DNA of 37,156 nucleotides from a virus: the IMG/VR virus record IMGVR_UViG_3300005077_000051, positions 1 through 37,156 of that record; one strand, given 5' to 3'. Every line of letters starts with the position of its first letter. Position 1 is the first letter of the stretch. The position numbers were made by a program, and so were the translations under genes. Below, piece after piece: positions 1 to 9,452 of the stretch. The notes under the pieces were generated by a model that worked only from the letters and a program-made list of their open reading frames with translations, ran no database searches and was not told the DNA's origin.

Positions 1-99
1 ATAGAATTTACACAGAAGCAAGACAACAAATTGCACGTGTACTTGCTGAAAAACTTGATAACAATCTCTATACAGAGACAAACACAAGCGGAAATTATA
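1..99. repeat. 99-nt exact copy of 37058..37156 (circular-closure overlap)
   Basis: Direct comparison of the two window ends shows an identical string from atagaatttacacagaagcaag to ggaaattata. Confidence 0.95.
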
Positions 100-599
100 A
101 AGTTGGTTTCCTTGGAACAAGTGCAACAAACGATTTAATGACAGTTAAAAACCTTATGAAAGGTCAAGTTACTGCATTTGGAGACAGAGCAGACGAGGCA
201 CAAGTTGCTTTCATGCATTCACTTCAATATCTTGACTATGTTACTGATTCAGGAACAGGATTTATTAAGGCAGATGCTAATGACCCGTTTTATTTTGTTA
301 ATGGTTATAAAGGTCGTGTAAATCAAGGGTTGGTAATTGTTGTAAACGATAAAGTTGTTAAACACACAGATATTGACAGCAAAGACGCATACAGAGCAAT
401 GATTCACAAGCCAAATTCTTATGGTTTTATGCCGTCTGAAGATATGGAATTTGATGTTGACAAAGATATTTTAGCAAGAACACAAGTAATTGTTGCTACT
501 CAGTGGTATGCAGTTAAATCTTTCCACGCTAAAAAATCAGCAGATTATTTAACAGCAGCTTCAGTAACAACACCTATTAGTGTTGCTGATGGCGTATAA
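1..599 (+). CDS. Major capsid protein, C-terminal part (gene wraps; N-terminal part at 36736..37057)
   Basis: The frame of ORF 138..599 stays open back to base 3. It is in phase with ATG 36736 once the 99-nt end overlap is collapsed, giving 306 aa in total. The gene lies directly after the scaffold gene. Confidence 0.8.
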   Translation, partial: RIYTEARQQIARVLAEKLDNNLYTETNTSGNYKVGFLGTSATNDLMTVKNLMKGQVTAFGDRADEAQVAFMHSLQYLDYVTDSGTGFIKADANDPFYFVNGYKGRVNQGLVIVVNDKVVKHTDIDSKDAYRAMIHKPNSYGFMPSEDMEFDVDKDILARTQVIVATQWYAVKSFHAKKSADYLTAASVTTPISVADGV

Positions 600-609
600 G
601 GAGTTTTAA

Positions 610-996
610 ATGAATAGTAATAATAGATCACAAGTAACGGTAGCAGTTGGAGCAATTGCAGCTACAGCAGAAAAAGGTTTGCTCTATGCACATAAAAAAA
701 TGATCGTTCGTGGTGTTGCCCTAGTGGATATTACAGCGGTTGCGGCTTCGGGTACAGACTACATCCAAGCACAATGCTTGGTTAATGGAACTTTAGTCGG
801 GACAGTGGCAGATACTCAAGCAGGACTTGCAGCCAGAGAGGCATTGCCTCTAGTTATGCCGGCAGATGGCTTAACAAACAATCTTGGTATTACACTAGAA
901 AAAGGTGAATTTTTAAGTATTGCTTTAACAAAAGCAGCTTCAGGAGCATTAACAAACGCTTCAATTCATTTAGATGTTGAGATTGTTGGTAATTAG
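610..996 (+). CDS. Hypothetical head-associated protein (possible capsid decoration or auxiliary protein)
   Basis: The ATG follows aaggag. The 128-aa product is Ala/Val/Gly/Thr-rich, unlike its Lys/Glu-rich neighbours. It lies immediately after the capsid gene and before a hairpin terminator. Confidence 0.4.
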   Translation: MNSNNRSQVTVAVGAIAATAEKGLLYAHKKMIVRGVALVDITAVAASGTDYIQAQCLVNGTLVGTVADTQAGLAAREALPLVMPADGLTNNLGITLEKGEFLSIALTKAASGALTNASIHLDVEIVGN

Positions 997-1015
997 GACT
1001 TTTACCAATAGTTAG

Positions 1016-1054
1016 GGTGCCGGTTTAAGCTCTTTTCTTCCGGCACCTTTATTT
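1016..1054 (+). terminator. Rho-independent terminator after the capsid gene pair
   Basis: GGTGCCGG (1016-1023) pairs with CCGGCACC (1040-1047) and is followed by TTTATTT. Confidence 0.7.
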
Positions 1055-1083
1055 AAAAAGAGCAATCAAAAGAAGAGAGAAAA

Positions 1084-1269
1084 ATGATTTACACAAAGAA
1101 TAAAAAGATTACTGCTACAGGTAAGGCAATTCTTAAAAAAAGAGATGAAAAAAAGCCTACAATGCAGGAAATAATTAAATTATTAGAAAAAGAAAATGAG
1201 AAATTAATCCAAAAGATTGATGAACTTGAGCAAAAATTGAGAAAAAACGACAAAAATAGAGCAAAATAG
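1084..1269 (+). CDS. Hypothetical small Lys/Glu-rich coiled-coil protein
   Basis: 61-aa ORF with a purine-rich leader (agaagagagaaaa). Heptad-like stretch EIIKLLEKENEKLIQKIDELEQKL. Overlapping minus-strand ORFs look like shadows of it. Confidence 0.4.
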   Translation: MIYTKNKKITATGKAILKKRDEKKPTMQEIIKLLEKENEKLIQKIDELEQKLRKNDKNRAK

Positions 1270-1278
1270 AGGTATATC

Positions 1279-1641
1279 ATGGCATTTGATACCGACGAAA
1301 AAGCGATAATCCTTTATCACTTGGGTTATCCGGCGAAAGTCGTTGACCCCAATTCGATTGAGTATAATTCGATTGTAAACGATAGATTTGAAAATTTTCC
1401 TTCTGAATTTGAGGATATCGTCAGGGGTTTGATAGACCAAATAGCAGCAACGAAGTTAAATATAACATCTTCGCAAGGTGATATGAGGGTTAAGCAGGTT
1501 GGCGATATTGTTTTAAATAGCGATAATGTTTCAAGCAATCTTAAGATTGAATTAAAAAATTTATATGTTGAATTATCTAATTTGATGAATATCACATACA
1601 GAGGCAGATTGGGCAATCGAAACGTAAGAGTTGTTTACTAA
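1279..1641 (+). CDS. Putative head-tail connector or adaptor protein
   Basis: 120 aa. The call rests on position between the capsid genes and tail genes; I recognised no diagnostic motif. Confidence 0.3.
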   Translation: MAFDTDEKAIILYHLGYPAKVVDPNSIEYNSIVNDRFENFPSEFEDIVRGLIDQIAATKLNITSSQGDMRVKQVGDIVLNSDNVSSNLKIELKNLYVELSNLMNITYRGRLGNRNVRVVY

Positions 1642-1656
1642 TAGGGGTTAAAGCAG

Positions 1657-3537
1657 ATGGGTATAGAGCAATCATATATTTTTAGTAATGAGGCAAATTT
1701 TACCAAAAACAATACTGCAATAGAAGACAGCAAGGGTAAATTACAATTTGTTGATAATCCCAGTCAAATATTTACGCAAAATTTTGATAACGATGTTGAT
1801 TTTGACTATGACGACACTGTATCAGAATTTAGCGGCGGAAGGGTTCAACATACAGATCAAAGACCCGATAATGCGGTTTTAGCACACACTTTTAATCAAA
1901 CTACAAATCCATACTTGGTAAACTGGTCTACAAACACGCTAACTACAGTTAACAATGGAGTTACTTTTGTTTCCGGTAAGGCAAGATCGGTTGGAGATCA
2001 GTCAATTGTACATTCTGGGATTATACCTATTACCGGCGGAGTTGGTGCTGTCAGAATGAAAATAACGGCCCTTGCCAGTGGAAATCCGACAGGCCTACAA
2101 AGAATTTTTAGGCTTCAAGAAAGCGTTTCATCGGAAAAAGGATTATTAGAATTAAGAAGAGACACGGCGAGCGCATGGCGATTCGCCGGCAAAAGAGCAG
2201 ACGGTTCTAGTTATACGAGCAATCTTGGATTTAACACCACTACTTTAACCATTGGGCAAACTATAGAATTGCTTTTTGCTTGGGATTTTCCAAATGGAAA
2301 AATAACATTGTTTGCCGATGGCTCTAGGACGACAATTTATTCCACGACGCCAACTTACTTGACGTCTTATGGATATTTAGTGTTTTTTGGACTTGCTGGT
2401 AATAACTTAGAGTTTGATGACATTGTTGTATATAACGGACTACCCGAAGAGCTTGAAAGCATTAACGATGCGTCTTATACAATTGGTTATAGCTTGCCAG
2501 AGACTAAACATTATCAGGCCATAGTAGATATGCCGCCATTTGTTTATTCAGGCATTGGTTCGATACAATCAATAGATGCAGTCACTCTTTTAGCTTCATC
2601 ACTGGCAAGATTAATTACTGGTGGCTACTGGTTTTCAGGTGGTGAATGGATAGAATCTGATGGAACCGAAGCAGAATCAAATTCATTAACAGAATTTGAA
2701 GATAATGTAATTAACTTTCCGGCAGAAGGCGGCGGCTCTGTAACCATGAGAATAATTTTACCGGCCGGAAATGTTCAACAATATTTCGATTTGTTTAGTA
2801 TTGAAATGACAGGACAAAAAAGGGCACTAACAGGGTATTTTGAGCCTGTAATTCCTATAGAATCAAGAGAAATATTAGATTACGATGATGATATATTAGA
2901 GCCAACAAATACTTTAATAAGAAGAGTTTTAAGAATAGATAATGTCTTAAATTGGTTCAATACTGTTTCAGAAATATGGGAAGAATCAGACGGAACAACG
3001 GAACAGGGAAACACAAAAGAAGAAATACAATCACACTTAGCAGAACTTACACAGCAATTAGGGGCTAACTCAACTATTTATCCAAGGTGGTTATTAAAAA
3101 CAACTGATGAAAATGTTACTCCTTATATTGTTTCTTCTTTTATTGACTTTAATTTTGGGAGAGTTGAAACACAGCCAGATACAGTAATAATTGACGGTTA
3201 TGTAAGAAGAATCAACGGGAATCCTTTGGTTGGTGCTAAGTTAAGATTTGAATTGTATTTAAGCAATTCAGCATATTATAAAGAAGCAAATAAAAATATC
3301 GTTTCAACTTTATATGAAGAGGTTGTTACAGATGAAAATGGATATTTTACGACTCCTCTGATTCGATCTAGCGAATTTGTTGCCGGCACACAATACAAAG
3401 TAACTATTTTTTATGAGGACGAGGCAACAGGTCAGTCAATAACGGTCGAGAAAGGCAGCGCAGGCAAATTATTATTTACCGCTCCCGATGCAATCTCGAA
3501 AGACATATCAGACCTATTACCGGCGGTGACAGCATGA
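1657..3537 (+). CDS. LamG/concanavalin-like lectin-domain virion protein with a C-terminal CarboxypepD_reg-like Ig domain
   Basis: The N-terminal third ends in the LamG hallmark GQTIELLFAWDFPNGKITLFADG...LEFDDIVVYNGL. The C-terminus (IIDGYVRRINGNPLVGAKLRFELY...TDENGYFTTPL) has the carboxypeptidase-regulatory-like pattern. Confidence 0.55.
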   Translation: MGIEQSYIFSNEANFTKNNTAIEDSKGKLQFVDNPSQIFTQNFDNDVDFDYDDTVSEFSGGRVQHTDQRPDNAVLAHTFNQTTNPYLVNWSTNTLTTVNNGVTFVSGKARSVGDQSIVHSGIIPITGGVGAVRMKITALASGNPTGLQRIFRLQESVSSEKGLLELRRDTASAWRFAGKRADGSSYTSNLGFNTTTLTIGQTIELLFAWDFPNGKITLFADGSRTTIYSTTPTYLTSYGYLVFFGLAGNNLEFDDIVVYNGLPEELESINDASYTIGYSLPETKHYQAIVDMPPFVYSGIGSIQSIDAVTLLASSLARLITGGYWFSGGEWIESDGTEAESNSLTEFEDNVINFPAEGGGSVTMRIILPAGNVQQYFDLFSIEMTGQKRALTGYFEPVIPIESREILDYDDDILEPTNTLIRRVLRIDNVLNWFNTVSEIWEESDGTTEQGNTKEEIQSHLAELTQQLGANSTIYPRWLLKTTDENVTPYIVSSFIDFNFGRVETQPDTVIIDGYVRRINGNPLVGAKLRFELYLSNSAYYKEANKNIVSTLYEEVVTDENGYFTTPLIRSSEFVAGTQYKVTIFYEDEATGQSITVEKGSAGKLLFTAPDAISKDISDLLPAVTA

Positions 3538-3986
3538 CATTAATATCAGATTTAACAGCTTCACTTGATAGTATTTTTCAAATTCGTGATGATCTTGGAG
3601 CGGAAAAGCACAAAGTTTATATCATCAAAAGAACAAAAAACGCATTACAGCCAGAACTAGAAGGATTTGGAACGGTTGAGGTTGTTGACACAATAGAAAG
3701 GCAATTGTTTCCTACTCCGAGAATAGTCGATTATTCGCTATCGTTAAAAATGCTTGAGGGTGGAAATGTTAAGCAAGGCGATTTAATTTTAAAAATGATA
3801 TCTAAAAATAAGTTTAGTAAAGCAGATATAAATTGCACCTTATTAGACGGAGAAAGCGAAAACATAGAGCGTTTTTATATGCTAAACAATGAGCTTTATA
3901 ATGTAATATCTATTACAGAAGATTATTGTTGGTGGAACGTGCAAATCAGGAAAACAGCAAGCGAAAAGGTTTATATTAATGATTAA
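3534..3986 (+). CDS. Putative head-closure or head-tail joining protein
   Basis: ATGA overlap with the upstream gene. 150 aa. The call rests on position only. Confidence 0.3.
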   Translation: MTLISDLTASLDSIFQIRDDLGAEKHKVYIIKRTKNALQPELEGFGTVEVVDTIERQLFPTPRIVDYSLSLKMLEGGNVKQGDLILKMISKNKFSKADINCTLLDGESENIERFYMLNNELYNVISITEDYCWWNVQIRKTASEKVYIND

Positions 3987-4437
3987 AACGGTAAGATTAA
4001 AAGATTTTGCAAAAGAGCTTGGAAATGCTTATGCCGACATAAGGTCAGAGCAGAAAAAAGTTGTTGCATCATCTATTTATTCACACCTTGAAAAAATTGT
4101 TAAAACTTCGCCAGTTGATACAGGTCTTTTTGCGCAATCGTGGGACTTATTAGAGACTGAAAAAAGTATAATTTTAGGTAACTATGCACCACATGCGGCA
4201 ATAGTTGAATATGGAGCAAGGCCTTTTAGACCGCCACTAACTCCATTATTAGCATGGGCCAAGAGAGTTTTAAAAGATGGTTCTCAACCGCCAGACTACT
4301 CAAAAGATGTTTGGGCGTTGGCAGTTTATACGCAAAAAAAGATTGAAAAGCAGGGAATGGAGCCAAAACATATACTAGAAGACGCAATCCCTGAAATAAT
4401 AAGACAAATTAAGTTAGATTTGGAGGCCATGCAATGA
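3979..4437 (+). CDS. HK97 gp10-family head-tail / tail completion protein
   Basis: Motif GLFAQSWD...GNYAPHAAIVEYGARPFRPP is typical of the gp10 family. Translationally coupled on both sides. Confidence 0.7.
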   Translation: MIKTVRLKDFAKELGNAYADIRSEQKKVVASSIYSHLEKIVKTSPVDTGLFAQSWDLLETEKSIILGNYAPHAAIVEYGARPFRPPLTPLLAWAKRVLKDGSQPPDYSKDVWALAVYTQKKIEKQGMEPKHILEDAIPEIIRQIKLDLEAMQ

Positions 4438-5027
4438 CAACAAGTTTAATTTTGTCGGAAGATTTTACGGCGGTATGGTCATTAAAAGAATATTTAAAGG
4501 CAGAACTACAGACAGGAACTAATCCTATTCAGATTTATCACGGTTGGCCGGAAGCGAACAAACAGCTTAAATTGCCAACAATTTCGTTAGATCAATCGGG
4601 TGAATGTACAATAATAAGTAATGCGCCTAGATTTATAGAGCAAATAGCTATCACAGGCGATTTGGTGAATGTCAGAGCTAGGTATGCCATAGGTAGAATT
4701 GAGCTTAATATTGTAGTCGATATTTGGGAAGAATCTAAGTCAAGATTAGGGAATGCGTTTCAAAGATTTAAAAACGCAATCAACAAATCACAGGGCGAAA
4801 GTATCGACAACCCAAAAGGCTTAATTTTAGAATTACAGGGGTATTACGATACACTAGCAAGATATGATATTGTTAGATATAATCAAATAAGAGGTGAGGC
4901 AGAAGCTCAACGAGGTGAAAGCAGATTACAAGTTATTTTGTCGTGTCACTTTGACGAGATAAAAGAAGTAATAATGCCAAAAATTGTTGAGAGTCAGATT
5001 GTACCTGATATTTCGGAAACAACATAA
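4434..5027 (+). CDS. Putative tail terminator or sheath-completion protein
   Basis: 197 aa, with an ATGA overlap to the upstream gene. Last gene before the sheath. The call rests on position only. Confidence 0.35.
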   Translation: MTTSLILSEDFTAVWSLKEYLKAELQTGTNPIQIYHGWPEANKQLKLPTISLDQSGECTIISNAPRFIEQIAITGDLVNVRARYAIGRIELNIVVDIWEESKSRLGNAFQRFKNAINKSQGESIDNPKGLILELQGYYDTLARYDIVRYNQIRGEAEAQRGESRLQVILSCHFDEIKEVIMPKIVESQIVPDISETT

Positions 5028-5039
5028 GGAGAAGGTAAG

Positions 5040-6497
5040 ATGGTTTACAAAACAACAAATCCACTAGAATACGCAGAAGTGGACGGTATTGTTGCCGATG
5101 AACAGGCACCAGCACCACAAATTTTAAGCAAAGGCGTAGGAACAGCGATTGCAATTGGTTTATTTGGTTGGGGGCCAGAAAATACGCTCTCAAGTGTAGT
5201 TACCAAGCAATTAGAATTTTATCGTTTGCACATGAACACTTCACATAGTGGGATGCAAGCATTAAGAAACAAGTCATTTTCTGCACTGAAAATTATCAGA
5301 GTTGCAGCAACCGGCGCAGCAGCTTCGGCAAAGACTTTTAAGGATGGCGCAGGTACTCCCGTTGATTCAATTACCTTTACAGCAAAGTATAAGGGTGTAA
5401 TGGGTGACAATATCCAAGTTAAAATTGAGGCAGGGACTACAGAAGGAAATAAATATTCAATCAAGCTAGACGATGATGATAATGTTTCTTATTTTCCAGA
5501 AGAAATTTATGACAACTGCACAAGAAGCAACATAGTAGCAAGTATGGCAAATTCAAAACTTGTTGTTCCTACTGTTTTGACTTCAGGTTCACCAGTAGAA
5601 CCGGCAGCGGTAACTTATACTGCTTTGACAGGTGGAGCAGATGGAACAGTTGTTGATACTGATTATGAAGATTCTATCGCAGTTACAGAGCAAGAAGGTG
5701 CAGGAAATTTTGTTTTCTTGGATGTTTATAACTCAACTAGAAACGGATATTTGAAAACATCAGCAGCAACAACACAAGATAAAATGATGATTCTTGCTGG
5801 TGATGAAGACGAAACACCAACAGAAGCAATTGCAGCAGTAGCAACACTTAAAGACGTTGACGGTCGATTAATCTATGCCTTTAACTGGTTAGAAACAACT
5901 ATTAATGGCGTTAAACAATTTATGTCTCCCGCAAGTTTTTATGCTTCGATAATGTCAAATATTGGGCCTCATATTGACCCAGCATTTGCAGGCAATAGCC
6001 AATATCTATATGGCGTTACTGATATCAAGCAAAAACTATCAAGAGCTGATTATATCTCTTTGATGGCCGCAGGAATTTCTTCTTTTGAATTTGATTCAGA
6101 TATTGGCTTCAAAATTAAGTCTGGTGTTGTTACTCAAACAGCTAACAGCGAAAAAGTAACAGTATCACGCAGAAGAATGACTGATTTTTTAATAGATGCA
6201 CACACATCATTTTTGAAAAATTATCAAAATGCGATCAATAGTTCATCAAATAGAAAAGCAATTCAAGCTGCAATGCTTAACTATATTGAGCAAAACCTTG
6301 AGAAAAATGGAATTTTACCAAAAGATTCAGAGGTTAATGGTGGGCTTGCCAAGCTTGTAGATATCGAGACTTTGAACGATGACACTTCAATCGGTCAAGG
6401 CTTCAATTACATTTTGTATAAACAAAGAATATGGTCACACATGAGATTTATAGTTTTCAAAGCTGAAATCGGTACTGGCGTGATTGTAGAAGCGTAA
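5040..6497 (+). CDS. Contractile tail sheath protein
   Basis: 485 aa with a strong RBS (aaggagaagg). Directly precedes the tube gene. The sequence is sheath-like by recollection (GTAIAIGLFGWGPEN..., ...KVTVSRRRMTDFLIDAH...). Confidence 0.85.
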   Translation: MVYKTTNPLEYAEVDGIVADEQAPAPQILSKGVGTAIAIGLFGWGPENTLSSVVTKQLEFYRLHMNTSHSGMQALRNKSFSALKIIRVAATGAAASAKTFKDGAGTPVDSITFTAKYKGVMGDNIQVKIEAGTTEGNKYSIKLDDDDNVSYFPEEIYDNCTRSNIVASMANSKLVVPTVLTSGSPVEPAAVTYTALTGGADGTVVDTDYEDSIAVTEQEGAGNFVFLDVYNSTRNGYLKTSAATTQDKMMILAGDEDETPTEAIAAVATLKDVDGRLIYAFNWLETTINGVKQFMSPASFYASIMSNIGPHIDPAFAGNSQYLYGVTDIKQKLSRADYISLMAAGISSFEFDSDIGFKIKSGVVTQTANSEKVTVSRRRMTDFLIDAHTSFLKNYQNAINSSSNRKAIQAAMLNYIEQNLEKNGILPKDSEVNGGLAKLVDIETLNDDTSIGQGFNYILYKQRIWSHMRFIVFKAEIGTGVIVEA

Positions 6498-6509
6498 GGA
6501 GTAGATAAA

Positions 6510-6932
6510 ATGGGAAATCCAAGCATTAAAGGGCACCAAATATCAATTGAATTTTTTCAAGACGGAAAAAAGGTTGTTATTGATACAATTACAAACGTAA
6601 CAGTTAATCAGGATTCAAACTTTACACGTTCGCAATATGTAGGCAATCCAATTCCCGAAGGGGATCAAACTTTTAGCGGTTGGTCAGGTTCGTTTGATCT
6701 TGAAGTTAAAGGGCCAGAACTTGACGAATTGATGGAAGCAATTACAAGCCAGAACTATAACGGCGTTGGGATTAGTGATTTAGCTATTCTCGAAACTGAA
6801 AATTATAGTGATGGGAGAACGGCTTCATTCCTTCACATGGATACACAGTTAAAATTGAGTAAGACAGGTCAAGGAAATCAAAAAGTAACTAAAAGACTTG
6901 ATTTTCAATCATCTTTTAGAAAGAAAATTTAA
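6510..6932 (+). CDS. Tail tube protein (XkdM-like position and size)
   Basis: 140 aa with RBS aaggag. Lies immediately after the sheath gene and is followed by a hairpin. Confidence 0.7.
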   Translation: MGNPSIKGHQISIEFFQDGKKVVIDTITNVTVNQDSNFTRSQYVGNPIPEGDQTFSGWSGSFDLEVKGPELDELMEAITSQNYNGVGISDLAILETENYSDGRTASFLHMDTQLKLSKTGQGNQKVTKRLDFQSSFRKKI

Positions 6933-6935
6933 TTT

Positions 6936-6960
6936 GTGGGGTGTAAAAACCCCACTTTAT
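6936..6960 (+). terminator. Hairpin plus T-tract after the tube gene (attenuating terminator)
   Basis: GTGGGG (6936-6941) pairs with CCCCAC (6950-6955) and is followed by TTTAT. Confidence 0.55.
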
Positions 6961-6982
6961 AAATAGAAAGGAGCAAAATTAT

Positions 6983-7303
6983 ATGGAAAAGACAGCGGTA
7001 CGAGTTAAAATCGGTTTAAAAGAAATTATTTTGAGAGACCCGAACAATGCAGATATCGAAAATGCAATGAAGATAACTGGTCAACAAATGGGCGGCGTTG
7101 ATGATCGTTATAGATATATGTTTAAAATGCAGCAAAATCTTATTAAAGAGGTTTTAATATCTGTAAATGGCGATAGTGACGTGAGAAAGCCACTTGAAGA
7201 CATGTTTACCATGGCAGAAATTTCAGTTATTCAAAAAGTAATTTCTGAAATATCGGGAATGGGAAACGAATTGAGCTTTACGCAGGAGATAATAACCCTA
7301 TAA
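6983..7303 (+). CDS. Tail assembly chaperone (lambda gpG / XkdN analogue), zero-frame product
   Basis: 106 aa with RBS aaaggag. Lies between the tube and tape measure genes. An overlapping open -1 frame follows it. Confidence 0.7.
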   Translation: MEKTAVRVKIGLKEIILRDPNNADIENAMKITGQQMGGVDDRYRYMFKMQQNLIKEVLISVNGDSDVRKPLEDMFTMAEISVIQKVISEISGMGNELSFTQEIITL

Positions 7304-7443
7304 GGGGGTATTGGAGTAAGGTCGTTTTTGCTCAAAGATATACTTGCTTAAGCCAAGATGAGATTAGGCGAATGTCTCCATCGGAATTTGATCTATACTT
7401 GGAGCTGTTAAACGACATAATAAGAAAGGAAAACGGACAATGA
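6983..7443 (+). CDS. Tail assembly chaperone -1 frameshift fusion (gpGT analogue, about 153 aa)
   Basis: The -1 frame is open from 7249 to stop 7441..7443. A slippery G_GGA_AAC lies at 7261..7267. The extension ends ...MSPSEFDLYLELLNDIIRKENGQ, and its stop overlaps the tape measure ATG (caATGA). Confidence 0.6.
7261..7267 (+). promoter_or_regulatory. Candidate -1 programmed ribosomal frameshift heptamer GGGAAAC
   Basis: Fits the X_XXY_YYZ pattern in the zero frame of ORF 6983. It lies inside the only interval (7249..7303) where both frames are open. Confidence 0.6.
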
Positions 7444-9449
7444 CAATTTTGATAGAAGGTTTTAAAATTGGTGCCGAATTTGCTTTCGATGCTGGTCTGG
7501 CAAGTGCAGAGATAGGCGCAATCCAAAACAAAATAGGAAGCTTATCTAATTCAATAGATAACTTAATGTATCAAGCTCAAAATTTTGGGCTGAATTTTGT
7601 TGCTTCATTTACCGGAGTTGGTGGTGGTATTCTTGGGGTTCTTGGCAATGCAATCTCTGCATCAGACGAATTTAAGAAAGCTCAATTATCATTTTCTAAC
7701 ATTATTGTTTCTAATATCGATAATTTTTCGGGTTCTGTTAACACTTTTAATGAGCGTATGGCAGTATCAAAGGGAATTATTAACGATGTTATTGCAGACG
7801 CTAGAAGGTTTTCAATTCCAGCTAAGGAATTGTTGAAAACTACAGAAATTATTGGCGGTCTTACTGCACCAATTGGGCTAACTGGAAAAAACTTCGATAT
7901 ATCTCGAAGTTTGTCAGCTAACTATCTTAAAGCATCTAGGTATATGGGAGTTGACCCTTCCCAATCAATGAACCAATTTATTGGTATTGCTACAGGACAA
8001 GCAACAGAGCAAGGCTTGATGGGTAAAAGACTTTTTAAAGAAGTTGGGATAGAAGACACTCAAGGCAACATCATAAGAACATCGAAGGCATGGAATAAAT
8101 TTTTTGAGTCAGATAAATTAAACGCTATCGTTGCGCTAAATAAAGCAATGGATAAATTTACAAAAAATGCTGATGAGCTGGAAGGTGCAACGAACACAAT
8201 CGGGGCATTATTTCAGAGAGTAAAAGATTTATTTACCGGATTTGCATCTATTTTGAGGCCACTTGGCGATGTTATCCTTCCAATGGTCGTCAAATATGTG
8301 AACATGGTAATTAAAGTAATAGAAAATCAGGGCGGCAACATAGTTAAAGATTTGGCAAGATTTATTGAGCCGATAACAAAGGCACCAGAGCAATTTTTGG
8401 TTAAGATGCTATCTTTGAGGCATTTGGCGGCAGACGTTGCCAAGGCAGCATGGTGGACAAGTTCTGCCCTAGCATTGGCACACCTTGAGAGCGTTATCTC
8501 ATTGTTGGGAAGGACTGCACTAGGTGCTAAAATTGGCTCTATTGCGACAGAAATCCCCTATTTGGGGAAGTTTTTCACGTGGATTGTATCAATTGCAAAA
8601 AGCATAGGTTCACTTCTTGGCACTGGTGGGGGTTTTTTAACATTAATTGGCAGATTATCATTTTTGTTTGGATTTTTAACGATCGTTTTTCAGGGAATAT
8701 CAAGAGCAGTTGAACAGCTTAGGATAGATAAAATAATTGAATTAATAAAAAATTCTGATGTAATTGCTAATAGATTTACTAGAATTTCAGCAGCATTAAT
8801 TGAAATATTTAGACCAATAGACATATTAATTGATCTTGTTTCAGCATTAGTTTATCCAATTTTACGATTTGCTAGCGGAATTGATAACGTAACAGGCGGT
8901 TTAAATGTTTTAACAAGAATACTTGAAGGTGTTTCATGGGTTGTTAGAAACATAACCGGCGTTTTCATGGCGGTATTTACTTTATTCAATGAAATTGTAA
9001 TATTTTTTATAGTTAATCCATTAAATCAAGTAATAGATGCTTTTAAATATCTTGGTTCAATAATTACAGATTTTTTAGGCTCTATTTTGCCAAGTCTTCC
9101 AAGTCTTTCTAGTGCTACAGGTGAAGGAAGTAAAAGCTTCATGGGCTACGATGGCAGCATGTTAGATCAGATGAAAAATACTTGGTACGGTGATGTTATC
9201 AAAAAAATGGAATCGGCCTATAATGAATATTCAAGGCCATATTTATCGCCAGATCAGGAAGGCAAAGAAAAAGCAATTGCGCAAAATAATGTTAATATTG
9301 GGAAGGTTGATATAATCAACCAGATTAAGCATGAGGTTCAACCTGATAGAATTGCTTTTACAGTTGCCGAGCAGTTAATGAAGTTAGGCAATAATTCCAA
9401 GAGCGCAAATACGACAAGAGGAACATTAAAAGGGCAATTAGCGAGGTAA
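7440..9449 (+). CDS. Tail tape measure protein
   Basis: 669 aa, the largest tail ORF. Has long Gly/Ala/Ile/Leu-rich hydrophobic segments. Follows the chaperone pair. Confidence 0.85.
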   Translation: MTILIEGFKIGAEFAFDAGLASAEIGAIQNKIGSLSNSIDNLMYQAQNFGLNFVASFTGVGGGILGVLGNAISASDEFKKAQLSFSNIIVSNIDNFSGSVNTFNERMAVSKGIINDVIADARRFSIPAKELLKTTEIIGGLTAPIGLTGKNFDISRSLSANYLKASRYMGVDPSQSMNQFIGIATGQATEQGLMGKRLFKEVGIEDTQGNIIRTSKAWNKFFESDKLNAIVALNKAMDKFTKNADELEGATNTIGALFQRVKDLFTGFASILRPLGDVILPMVVKYVNMVIKVIENQGGNIVKDLARFIEPITKAPEQFLVKMLSLRHLAADVAKAAWWTSSALALAHLESVISLLGRTALGAKIGSIATEIPYLGKFFTWIVSIAKSIGSLLGTGGGFLTLIGRLSFLFGFLTIVFQGISRAVEQLRIDKIIELIKNSDVIANRFTRISAALIEIFRPIDILIDLVSALVYPILRFASGIDNVTGGLNVLTRILEGVSWVVRNITGVFMAVFTLFNEIVIFFIVNPLNQVIDAFKYLGSIITDFLGSILPSLPSLSSATGEGSKSFMGYDGSMLDQMKNTWYGDVIKKMESAYNEYSRPYLSPDQEGKEKAIAQNNVNIGKVDIINQIKHEVQPDRIAFTVAEQLMKLGNNSKSANTTRGTLKGQLAR

Positions 9450-9452
9450 TAT

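Noticed and set aside
1089-1616. Minus-strand ORFs 1089..1280, 1204..1440 and 1326..1616
   Set aside because: They oppose a uniformly plus-strand late operon. They lack RBS context and have Phe/Ser/Ile/Leu-rich shadow composition.
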